Shown: piece after piece, positions 55,925 to 64,000 of the stretch
Position numbering within the stretch: position 1 is the first letter of the stretch
Layout: the number at the start of each line of letters is the position of its first letter
Assembly (NCBI GenBank): GCA_030674475.1
Contig: JAUSCZ010000017.1
Coordinates: 46,264 to 110,263, forward strand
Length of the DNA: 64,000 bases
Direction of reading: 5' to 3'
DNA from: Candidatus Omnitrophota bacterium
GTDB lineage: Bacteria > Omnitrophota > Gorgyraeia > Gygaellales > UBA12090
Position numbers and translations under genes: made by a program
Notes under the pieces: model-generated
Databases searched by the model: none
Told to the model about the DNA's origin: nothing
Seen by the model: only the letters and a program-made list of their open reading frames with translations

Positions 55925-58145
55925 TTAACACCTCATCCACTTTAATATTCTCAATACGGTCACTTTCAATTACTATATGTTTATCCCCCACCGGACCCCA
56001 TCTTTTAGCGCGGACCGCGGGCGGACTTTTACGAAAAATTGCCACAACCTGAATTCCTAATGCGGCGGCTAAATGCATCGGTCCGGAGTCAACCGTAACT
56101 AACAATCTACTCCTTTTTAACAAACCGGACAGTTCAAGTAAGCTTGTTTTTCCGGTTAAATTAATTACCGGCAAACCCTGGCAGAATTCGCCGGACCTTA
56201 TGGCTTCTTCCCGGCCGCCGATCAACACAAGCCTATATGCTGTCTCACGCGATAATCTGACACATAGATCCCTGAATTTATCCCTTGTCAGCTCTTTTTC
56301 CGGATTGCTTGACCAGGGATGGATAGCAATGAAATTATTATCGCTTATTCCTAATTCAGCTAATCGGTTATCTGGGAAGTCTGATTGTTTTATTTCTAAA
56401 GTAAAACCGTTGTTACCCAAATCATACACCTCCGAGGAGCAGAAAACTGCACCTCGGAGGTGAAGGTTCGATACGGCCTTCAGCAGTTCAAGGTTATAGT
56501 CAACTTCGTGTTTTAGCCCCAGTTCTTTAATGTCTTTTGTCTTACGATTCAGCAGAAAACCCCATTTTCGGTCGTAACCCGCGCGAATAGGGACACCGGA
56601 CAAAAAACTTATCATGTTGAATTCCTGGGAAGGATTAAAAGCTACAGACAGGTCATAACGGCCACCCTTAAGCTCTTGGCTGAATTTTAATATTTCCTTT
56701 AGTCTATGTTTTCTATTCTCCCAAACTATCAGCCTGTTTATAAAGGTTATACGCTCTGCTATGGGCAAGACATTTTTATCAACCACTAAATCTAATTTGA
56801 CCTCAGGATAACTTTGTTTCAATGCGCGTAACGCGGGGATAGTGAGCAAAAACTCTCCGAATCGGTCATTCCTAAATGCCAGGATGTTGTTTGTTCCCAT
56901 GAGTAGGGGCGGGTTCGAACCCGCCCCTACCTTTAGTGCTAATGACAGTCCGGCAATATACCAAAACATCACCGCGACTACCGAATAGTAAAGACTGCTT
57001 TCAGTGAGGCCGTTAACTAAAAAGGCGATCAAACAGGCAATCAAGGAGAGCGAAACCGTTTTAAGGTAACTATCGCCGGTTGAACGATAAATATTCTTAG
57101 ATTCCCTAAACAACCAATAAAGAAACCAGAAGAATATCACCAGGCCGGTCAAGCCTATTTCTCCGGCCATATGCAGATAGTTATTATGCGCCTTCATTTC
57201 ATTCAGGGTAATTATGCCGCGGTATTCGGGAAACTCTTTATACTTTTTATAGCTTTTCATGAAGGTATTGGCCCCGACGCCGATTAAAGGATGGGCTTTG
57301 ATCATATTCAAAGAATGCAGATAGACCGCGATCCGGTCGTCGTTACACATAAAGCGTAAGGGGTTATATTCAACTTCTTTGGCCCACTCTTTCACCGATT
57401 TTGGCATAAGAAACGGCGATACAAGCGTAAATATTAGTAAAAGTAAAAGCAGTGCCTTGCTCTTTTTGGCCAAGCCAAAAAACAATAAGACCATATATAC
57501 CGCCAGCAAGGTAGGCCGAGAGTAGGTCAAGGCAATTCCAATTAACACTAAAAGGCTTATAAAAAAGACAGAAATCTTTTTTATCCCTCTAAAATAATAA
57601 AGCCCCAACCCTAGAATCAGAGGAACTATAGCGCTTAAATAAATCCCCAGGATATTGGCGTCCTTAAAGGAAGCCGTGGCCCTAAGCAGGCCAATATTCA
57701 AAATCGGCTGATACCCCCGGATAAAATCCCGGCCGGTTATTACCTGAAAAATCCCGTTAGAAGAGGCCAAAACCGCGCCCAAAATCAAGGCCCATAAAAT
57801 CTTATTTATTTGAGCCTTATCTTTTACCTCCTCTTTAACGATATAAAAGATAAAGATATATTGCGCTAATCTGAATATACCGCCTTTTAATGTGTCATAA
57901 AGGCTTACCGAATTAATCGCGGATAAGCAGGTGATGATAAAGAAAAACAGTAACGGGATGTTTACCGGATCGCCCCTAAACAACCGTTCTCTGATTAAGA
58001 GTTTCTTAAACAAGAAGGCGGCGATTAAAAATCCCATGAATACATTCATCGGGGCCGGAGCAATGGCAATGGAAAAAGGCAATAAAATCACGCACCAGGA
58101 CAATATCCCATCTAGGATTTTTATTAATCTATCTTTGGGAGGCAT
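55896..58145 (-). CDS. Fusion protein: O-antigen ligase/polymerase-like (Wzy_C) membrane domain + C-terminal GT9 heptosyltransferase-like domain
   Basis: The N-terminal ~420 aa are polytopic. The C-terminal ~330 aa carry GT9 features (LTIPALRALK..., VTVDSGPMHLAAALG). Confidence 0.6.
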   Translation of the reverse strand: MPPKDRLIKILDGILSWCVILLPFSIAIAPAPMNVFMGFLIAAFLFKKLLIRERLFRGDPVNIPLLFFFIITCLSAINSVSLYDTLKGGIFRLAQYIFIFYIVKEEVKDKAQINKILWALILGAVLASSNGIFQVITGRDFIRGYQPILNIGLLRATASFKDANILGIYLSAIVPLILGLGLYYFRGIKKISVFFISLLVLIGIALTYSRPTLLAVYMVLLFFGLAKKSKALLLLLLIFTLVSPFLMPKSVKEWAKEVEYNPLRFMCNDDRIAVYLHSLNMIKAHPLIGVGANTFMKSYKKYKEFPEYRGIITLNEMKAHNNYLHMAGEIGLTGLVIFFWFLYWLFRESKNIYRSTGDSYLKTVSLSLIACLIAFLVNGLTESSLYYSVVAVMFWYIAGLSLALKVGAGSNPPLLMGTNNILAFRNDRFGEFLLTIPALRALKQSYPEVKLDLVVDKNVLPIAERITFINRLIVWENRKHRLKEILKFSQELKGGRYDLSVAFNPSQEFNMISFLSGVPIRAGYDRKWGFLLNRKTKDIKELGLKHEVDYNLELLKAVSNLHLRGAVFCSSEVYDLGNNGFTLEIKQSDFPDNRLAELGISDNNFIAIHPWSSNPEKELTRDKFRDLCVRLSRETAYRLVLIGGREEAIRSGEFCQGLPVINLTGKTSLLELSGLLKRSRLLVTVDSGPMHLAAALGIQVVAIFRKSPPAVRAKRWGPVGDKHIVIESDRIENIKVDEVLNGIRKAFSG
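56903..56930. repeat. Perfect 28-bp palindrome gtaggggcgggttcgaacccgcccctac inside CDS at the domain junction
   Basis: Self-complementary over all 28 nt; encodes ...VGAGSNPPLLMG... between the ligase-like and GT9 domains. Confidence 0.8.
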
Positions 58146-58149
58146 AGTT

Positions 58150-58950
58150 TCACCCTTTCCTTTTAAAGCGGGAACGTATCATGCGAATAATAATCTTAAA
58201 GGCATCGTAATATCTTATCTTCTTGCCCTGGGCGTAACCGCGGGGATGATAGGCAATGGGGATTTCCTGAATTCTTAATTTTCTTCTTATGACCTTACTG
58301 ACAATCTCCTGTTCTAAAGAAAAACCGTCGGCCTCTAAATCCAGGCTGTTATAGACACCGCGCCGGGCAACTTTATAGCAGGTATAGACGTCATTTAATC
58401 TGCTCGCGTATAAAAGATTATGTAATCCGGTCAAAAACTGATTTCCCAGCCTATGCATAAATAACCCTTTATACCCCCGGGAAAACCTCACCCCTAAGAC
58501 CATATCCGCCTGATTACTAATAATCGGAGGAACCAGCCTTAAATAATCATTAGGGTCATATTCCAGGTCGGCATCCTGAATAATCACCACCTCACCGACA
58601 GCCTGTTTAAGACCGGTCCTGAAGGCCGCGCCCTTGCCCAGATTCCTGGGATGAGAAAAGAGCTTCAGGTTAGGCAATTTTAAATTTTCCAGGATCTGGC
58701 GGGTTCGGTCGGTAGAAGCATCGTTAACCACGATAATTTCTTTATCTATATCTACAGCGTTGATAATATTTATTACCTTTTCAAGGGTGCTTTCTTCATT
58801 ATACACCGGAATAATTACTGAGAGAAGCGGCATGGGCATAGTATTTATTAAAAGAGTGTGTAAATAAACGGAGCAACCGCCGAGCTCTGGGTGAAAAATA
58901 TCAACGCCCCTAACAATAACAGCATCACCACAATCGGGGTGATCCACCAT
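58150..58950 (-). CDS. Family 2 glycosyltransferase (polyprenyl-phosphate sugar synthase-like)
   Basis: LSVIIPVYNEE...IVVNDASTDRT...QDADLE motifs. The true start is probably the internal MPLLSVII. Confidence 0.75.
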   Translation of the reverse strand: MVDHPDCGDAVIVRGVDIFHPELGGCSVYLHTLLINTMPMPLLSVIIPVYNEESTLEKVINIINAVDIDKEIIVVNDASTDRTRQILENLKLPNLKLFSHPRNLGKGAAFRTGLKQAVGEVVIIQDADLEYDPNDYLRLVPPIISNQADMVLGVRFSRGYKGLFMHRLGNQFLTGLHNLLYASRLNDVYTCYKVARRGVYNSLDLEADGFSLEQEIVSKVIRRKLRIQEIPIAYHPRGYAQGKKIRYYDAFKIIIRMIRSRFKRKG

Positions 58951-59036
58951 TTCTTATTCTGCAGTAAATACTGCCCGAATTCTTTTAACAAATTCATCTT
59001 ACCCATTATTTTTCCCTCCTCAAAATATCCTCTCAT
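58848..59036 (-). CDS. Small single-TM membrane protein (62 aa)
   Basis: KKWWITPIVVMLLLLGALIFF TM segment. Sits between the SxtJ-like gene and the GT2 gene. Confidence 0.35.
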   Translation of the reverse strand: MRGYFEEGKIMGKMNLLKEFGQYLLQNKKWWITPIVVMLLLLGALIFFTQSSAVAPFIYTLF

Positions 59037-59424
59037 AACTTTCTTTAGCTGAATTTTTTAACTCTCGTTTCAACCAGTAAGTTTCCGCGCCTTTTTCCAA
59101 TCTTAAATTTAAAAGATCCTTTTTGAGTAATCTCATCATTAAACCAATCGGGGTAACTACCAGATAATAAACCAACATCAAAATAATCCGGGTATTTACC
59201 CAGCCCAAACAAAAAGCCAGCCCCATCCAGATTTTATATATCGGTTTTAATAAAATCGCCCGGGCCTGGGCTAAAATAAAAAATATCAATCCTATCGCCC
59301 AAAGCGGTATAAATAATGGCTTATGCCGGAGCAATAAGACCAACCCGATGACCAACAGGCAAAACGCCATTGTTCTACCGAATTTTTTTAGATTAGCATT
59401 GCTTAAATCAAGCTCTTTTAACAT
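59020..59424 (-). CDS. SxtJ-like small membrane protein (carbamoyltransferase-associated)
   Basis: 134 aa, 3-4 TM helices, immediately downstream of the carbamoyltransferase. Confidence 0.4.
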   Translation of the reverse strand: MLKELDLSNANLKKFGRTMAFCLLVIGLVLLLRHKPLFIPLWAIGLIFFILAQARAILLKPIYKIWMGLAFCLGWVNTRIILMLVYYLVVTPIGLMMRLLKKDLLNLRLEKGAETYWLKRELKNSAKESYERIF

Positions 59425-59425
59425 A

Positions 59426-61246
59426 TTAGTCTAAGCTAAATTCCTTCTTCCAATCCGTATCTTTATCCAAGGGTTTCTGTTCCTTTTTATCTAAAAGGAA
59501 ATTACCTATTACCAAATAATCCATACCCGTGCGCATAAAACAGCGGTAGGCCTCCTGGGGCCGGCAGACTAATGGCTCACCCCGGACATTAAAAGAGGTG
59601 TTCACAATCACCGCGCAACCGGTCTTTTTATAAAACTCGTTTATTGTATCATAATAAAGCGGAAAATCATCCCTTTTTATGGTCTGGATCCGGGCGGAAT
59701 AATCAATATGGGTTACCGCCGGTATTTCTGAGCGCTTCACATTTAACTTTTTAATCCCGAATAGGCTATTTTCCTCAGCAGTCATTTTCCTGCGGATACC
59801 CTCCTTAACCGGCGCCACTAAAAGCATATAAGGACTGTCACAATCCAGGTCAAAATAATCCTTAGCCTTATCTTGAAGCACCGTGGGGGCAAAGGGCCGA
59901 AAAGACTCCCGGAATTTTATCTTCAGGTTAAGCTTGGACTGCATCTCTTCAGAACGAGCATCGGCAATTATGGAGCGAGCCCCCAAGGCCCGCGGGCCAA
60001 ACTCCATCCTCCCTTGAAACCAACCGACAACCTTCTCCTGGGATAATAAATCCGCGACTGCCTTAGGCAATTCTTCCCTGGAATACTTTTTATAAGGGAT
60101 GCTCTCATCTTTCAGGAAATCTTCTATTTCCTCATCCGGGTATTCCGGCCCCAGATAAGATGCTTTCTGGGAATCTCGGCCATTCGTGAGACGCTTATTA
60201 TTCAGGTATTTATACCAGACGAATAAGGCCGCCCCCAGGGCCCCTCCGGCGTCCCCGGCTGCCGGCTGAATCCAGATATCCTCAAATATCTTTTCTCTGA
60301 CTATTTTACCGTTAGCCACACAATTTAAAGCCACCCCTCCGGCTAAACAGAGTTTTTTTTGACCGGTAATTTTCTTGAGATGACGGCAAATCCGCAAAAT
60401 TACTTCTTCGGTAACCTCTTGAATAGAGCGGGCGATATCCATATAAAATTGGGTAATCTGGCTTTCCAGACCGCGGGCGGGACAACCAAAAAGATTCTCA
60501 AATCTCTTATTTATCATCCGTAGGCCATAAGAATAAGGAAAATAACCAATATTTAGCTTAAAAGAGCCGTCTTCTTTTAAGTCAATCAGCTCTTTAAGAA
60601 TCAAATCCTCATATTTCGGCTCTCCGTAGGGGGCCAGGCCCATTAGCTTATATTCCCCGGAATTAACCTTGAATCCGGCGTAATAGGTAAAGGCTGAATA
60701 CAAAAGCCCTAAGGAATGGGGGAATTTGATTTCATATTCTAAATTAAAATCATTGTCTTTGCCGGCGCCGAAACTGGTGGTTGCCCACTCTCCCACACCG
60801 TCAAGGGTAAGGATGGCGGCCTCCTGAAACGGGCTGGGATAAAAAGCCGAAGCGGCGTGGGATTCGTGATGGCCAGAGAAAATCAGTTTTCCTTTAAATC
60901 CCGGAAGCCCTTTTTGGATAATATCCGGAATCCACAGCTTCTGTTTGATCCATAAAGGCATCGCCTTCAAAAAAGAGGTAATTCCTAATGGCGCGTAGGC
61001 CAGATAACTTTCCAGCAAGCGCTCAAATTTAATTAAAGGCTTCTCATAAAAAGCCACATAGTCTAAATCCTGGGCCTTTATTCCGGCTTCGCTTAAACAA
61101 TAACTTATGGCGTTCCCGGGGAAAGCATAGTCGTGCTTAACTCGGGTAAAGCGCTCTTCCTGGGCCGCGGCAATAATCTCTCCGTCCTTAACCAACGCCG
61201 CCGCGCTATCATGATAAAATGCCGAAATACCTAAAATATAACTCAT
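59426..61246 (-). CDS. Carbamoyltransferase (NodU/CmcH family)
   Basis: MSYILGISAFYHDSAAALVKDGEIIAAAQEERFTRVKHD N-terminus. The likely start is cat at 61244-61246; the ORF-track start at 61360 is an extension. Confidence 0.85.
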   Translation of the reverse strand: MSYILGISAFYHDSAAALVKDGEIIAAAQEERFTRVKHDYAFPGNAISYCLSEAGIKAQDLDYVAFYEKPLIKFERLLESYLAYAPLGITSFLKAMPLWIKQKLWIPDIIQKGLPGFKGKLIFSGHHESHAASAFYPSPFQEAAILTLDGVGEWATTSFGAGKDNDFNLEYEIKFPHSLGLLYSAFTYYAGFKVNSGEYKLMGLAPYGEPKYEDLILKELIDLKEDGSFKLNIGYFPYSYGLRMINKRFENLFGCPARGLESQITQFYMDIARSIQEVTEEVILRICRHLKKITGQKKLCLAGGVALNCVANGKIVREKIFEDIWIQPAAGDAGGALGAALFVWYKYLNNKRLTNGRDSQKASYLGPEYPDEEIEDFLKDESIPYKKYSREELPKAVADLLSQEKVVGWFQGRMEFGPRALGARSIIADARSEEMQSKLNLKIKFRESFRPFAPTVLQDKAKDYFDLDCDSPYMLLVAPVKEGIRRKMTAEENSLFGIKKLNVKRSEIPAVTHIDYSARIQTIKRDDFPLYYDTINEFYKKTGCAVIVNTSFNVRGEPLVCRPQEAYRCFMRTGMDYLVIGNFLLDKKEQKPLDKDTDWKKEFSLD

Positions 61247-61316
61247 GATATTTACACTCGTGTCCAAATTAGGCCATGAATACCGACAACAAAGTAGTTC
61301 TGAGATTCCAAAACTG

Positions 61317-63497
61317 TCATGCCCGTCCCCGCCTACGCGAGGATAAACTCCGGCGGGCATCCCTGCCTACCGGCAGGCAGGCAGGCTCTTGAGTCAATCG
61401 TGGATTCCCGCCTAAAGATTGCGGGAATGACATGTCGTAACTAATTTTAGACGGCAATGTTACTTTATATATATGGATAGTGGAATTTGAAAAACTTAAA
61501 GTAAACTCTTCGGGGTGCATCCGAGCCCAGATGTCTTCAGTCGGGAAAGCCGTTTCCTTGGTTTGATGCAAAGAATAGATAAATAAATAATCGGTTTTTC
61601 TTTTCTTTAGATTAGCCAGCCATAGCGCGTAATCCGGATGTTCCCGGTAATTCCCCTCGGCCTCTAAATTCTGATGCAATTCCATAAAATCCGTTCCCCA
61701 GCGGTAGCGGCTATTAGGGAAATAATGGGCCATCGCCGGATCGGTCTTATTTACCGAAGCATAGTAAACATTGTTTTTGAAATCCGTCCCGTATAAAGGA
61801 AAAGGCACCGGCCGACCCACATAGGCGATATTATCGCCGATTGTATTAGCGTTAAGCCAATCCCAGGCTTTAACTGCCTCCGGCCAAAATCCCGAATATT
61901 TCACCATAGAAATATAGCGCCGGTATTCATTCTCGCGATAATCAATATTTAATAAGGACAGGCTCACTGCTAAAATCATAAAGGCAATCAACCATCCCTT
62001 AATTTTAAGGCTTCCCAGGAAATTATAGATAGGATTAAAGCCAAAAAAGAGTACCGCCGATAGCGCTAAGGAAGACACCAGCTCCAGACGGGTGGCAATC
62101 TCGGCAGATGAAGCCAGGAAACACAAAATAACTAAAACTCTCACCATAGTTATGAGCGGCTTTTTTTCAGACAACAACATAAACGGAACAATAAACCCCA
62201 GCGCCAGCGCCGGATAAAGATAGCGTAGATTAGCCAGAGGTATACAAAAGCGCCAGATAAAACATAAAATAATCGGCAATAAAAACACGGAAAACTTTTC
62301 AACGTTTATTCTTTTCTTAAGAGCATTAAATACAAAGACAAAAAAAGCCGGGATGACGAACACAATCAGCCCTCCTCCCAACCCCTCGCTAAAAAGTATT
62401 TTATTTAAGGCATAGGCACTCCTATCAACATGCGCGGTATAGACGCTTTTATCAAAAATTCCCTTAAATACAGTCTTCCCCAGAAACTCCACATTCAATG
62501 GATACAGGGGATTTCCGGTCTGGATAAAATTGCGAATATAACCGTATCCACCGCTAATTATAATTAATCCGACTACAAGCAGAAAATAAAAACTAACCCG
62601 GCGTATGCTCAACATTCGACGCCGCTTAAATAAAACCAGACTAAGAACCAGTATCAGCACCGCCGCGTAAGGCAAGGCAATAGTCTTAGTGCCGATTAAA
62701 AAACCCAGACTGAGAGAAAATAAAGCTACATCTTTAAGCCTTTTCTCTCGGTAAAACGAAAGCAGGAAATAACAACCCGACAAGAACCACCCCGCCACCA
62801 TGACATCCACATAAGCAATTTCCATCTGCTTAAAATAATTCGGGGTTATGGTGAAAAGCCCAGCCGCGTAAAAGGAATACTCGCGGCTGATATTAAACTT
62901 CCGGCATATCCCGTATACAGCAATAAAAGAAATCACAAAAAAAGGAATCTGACCCAAGTCCGCCATAAAGGCATTTTTTAAAGGGTACATACCCCAGAGG
63001 TAAATCAGGCTTCCATTGATAGGATAGTAGCTCGGACCCAAATCATCATTGATAGTAATGGGATTGGCTAAATTCTTATGCTTCATCCATTCTACCGGAA
63101 AGCTAAAATGATAATTCAGGCTATCCCAGCCAAAGGGAGGATTGACCAAATTGATGGCTATTTTCACCAAAGCAAAACCCAGGAGAACTGAAACGCAAAA
63201 AACGATTATTTTATTGGCAATAATTTCTTTAGGGATGATAAAAACGGGCGGGTTGTTCTTTTTCGGCTTAATAATAAGAAAAATAATGCTAAAAATTATA
63301 AGCGCTGAAAGGATAAGATTTTCTAAAGACAGTTTTCCCAGGATACCCCAAAAAAGCGGGATCAGAATTATCTGGCTGTAAAATACGACAGCCAAAGTTA
63401 AAAGGCGGGAACTCGCGTTCTCAGTAGAGTTATATTTTCCAGCCAGCCGATACGAAGAGCAAAAGGCGAGCGTGTTGAGTAAAATAAAAACAAACAT
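61317..63497 (-). CDS. Large polytopic membrane protein, GT-C-like (ArnT/PMT-like) with soluble C-terminal domain
   Basis: 726 aa with ~12 TM helices in the N-terminal ~480 aa. The last ~45 codons (basic, low-complexity) are encoded by GC-rich hairpin DNA. Confidence 0.45.
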   Translation of the reverse strand: MFVFILLNTLAFCSSYRLAGKYNSTENASSRLLTLAVVFYSQIILIPLFWGILGKLSLENLILSALIIFSIIFLIIKPKKNNPPVFIIPKEIIANKIIVFCVSVLLGFALVKIAINLVNPPFGWDSLNYHFSFPVEWMKHKNLANPITINDDLGPSYYPINGSLIYLWGMYPLKNAFMADLGQIPFFVISFIAVYGICRKFNISREYSFYAAGLFTITPNYFKQMEIAYVDVMVAGWFLSGCYFLLSFYREKRLKDVALFSLSLGFLIGTKTIALPYAAVLILVLSLVLFKRRRMLSIRRVSFYFLLVVGLIIISGGYGYIRNFIQTGNPLYPLNVEFLGKTVFKGIFDKSVYTAHVDRSAYALNKILFSEGLGGGLIVFVIPAFFVFVFNALKKRINVEKFSVFLLPIILCFIWRFCIPLANLRYLYPALALGFIVPFMLLSEKKPLITMVRVLVILCFLASSAEIATRLELVSSLALSAVLFFGFNPIYNFLGSLKIKGWLIAFMILAVSLSLLNIDYRENEYRRYISMVKYSGFWPEAVKAWDWLNANTIGDNIAYVGRPVPFPLYGTDFKNNVYYASVNKTDPAMAHYFPNSRYRWGTDFMELHQNLEAEGNYREHPDYALWLANLKKRKTDYLFIYSLHQTKETAFPTEDIWARMHPEEFTLSFSNSTIHIYKVTLPSKISYDMSFPQSLGGNPRLTQEPACLPVGRDARRSLSSRRRGRA

Positions 63498-63940
63498 TAG
63501 TTACTTTGCCCAATCAATCGGACGGTAATTAAAGCCCCGGAGGCAAAAACTTTTATGAAAATAGGTGTTTTTGGGCCGTTATCCAATAATACGATTTCGA
63601 TTTTTGATTGATGATAAGGATTTTTATCCCTTCGAAAGATCCGGCCTTTAAGCCTGTAAGCGCCCACAGGACCACTTTTAGTTTGGATATTTTCTTTGCT
63701 GATGTCTCCGGTAAAGGCGTAATTCTTCTGATTAGTATTAATATTTAAATCAAAATTGGACGTCTTATCCAAATCCATCCGTCTTAACTTATGAAGAACA
63801 GAAAGCGGCTCATAAGTCTCAGGGAAGATTGTCCGCTTTTCACCGCCAATTTCCATAACATTACTAATCTGGTTGTATCTCACTTCCTTCTTTAGCACTT
63901 TATCTTTGGTTTGAATGTCTTGCCTGAAAAACACCGGCAA
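63497..63940 (-). CDS. Hypothetical protein (possibly extending beyond window end)
   Basis: 147-aa ORF. Its stop overlaps the start of the downstream membrane protein. No family recognised. Confidence 0.3.
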   Translation of the reverse strand: MPVFFRQDIQTKDKVLKKEVRYNQISNVMEIGGEKRTIFPETYEPLSVLHKLRRMDLDKTSNFDLNINTNQKNYAFTGDISKENIQTKSGPVGAYRLKGRIFRRDKNPYHQSKIEIVLLDNGPKTPIFIKVFASGALITVRLIGQSN

Positions 63941-64000
63941 AAGAGTCTTAGGGTCAAGATAGGAATCAATGCTGGCCGAGAAAGGATAAATCTTAAAGAT

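Noticed and set aside
56903-56930. GGTTCGAACC-containing palindrome as a tRNA T-arm or tRNA fragment
   Set aside because: No acceptor, D or anticodon arms are present. The sequence is in-frame inside a long CDS. The loop is 6 nt, not 7.

Overview
Every supportable gene in this 64-kb window lies on the minus strand. The window looks like a bacterial surface-glycan / LPS-type biosynthesis super-locus from a low-GC genome. Three parts are recognisable. (1) 1-38.2 kb holds an EPS/glycan cluster. It has a complete nonulosonic-acid branch (pseudaminic/legionaminic-like): DegT aminotransferases, SDR dehydratase/epimerases, a GNAT, a NeuB-like synthase, a CMP-sugar synthetase-like cytidylyltransferase and a Gfo/Idh/MocA oxidoreductase. 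It also has an AsnB-like amidotransferase plus an N-acetyl-sugar amidotransferase (acetamidino formation), three B12-binding radical-SAM enzymes, several SAM methyltransferases (one frameshifted), GT2/GT4/GT-C transferases, a Wzx-like flippase, a split transketolase, a GHMP kinase and two paralogous transglutaminase-like membrane proteins. (2) 38.2-47.3 kb is a mosaic island of at least six small toxin-antitoxin-type cassettes. These are retropepsin+partner, DUF4160/DUF2442, MNT/HEPN, PIN/AbrB, a fused MNT-HEPN, DUF433, AbiEii+partner, and DUF4258/YgiT. The cassettes are separated by a repeated ~110-185-bp junction element. That element is built from a GTGCGATAAATCGCAC hairpin, a stretch homologous to the 5' end of a duplicated MarR-EPS-type regulator gene, and a variable-number GTCNATR heptamer tract. 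Two toxins (HEPN, PIN) carry in-frame TAA nonsense codons, and several gene remnants are present. (3) 47.3-64 kb is a heptose/LPS-core-like module. It has a GT28 transferase, GmhB, epimerase, GT2, DegT, a GT9 heptosyltransferase, ManC with an in-frame palindromic insertion, an O-antigen-ligase-like::GT9 fusion carrying a perfect 28-bp palindrome, and a carbamoyltransferase with an SxtJ-like partner. It is interrupted by two further TA pairs (DUF4258-like/DUF2283, RelE/YefM). No rRNA, tRNA or CRISPR array was found. All calls come from reading the translations; no database search was run.
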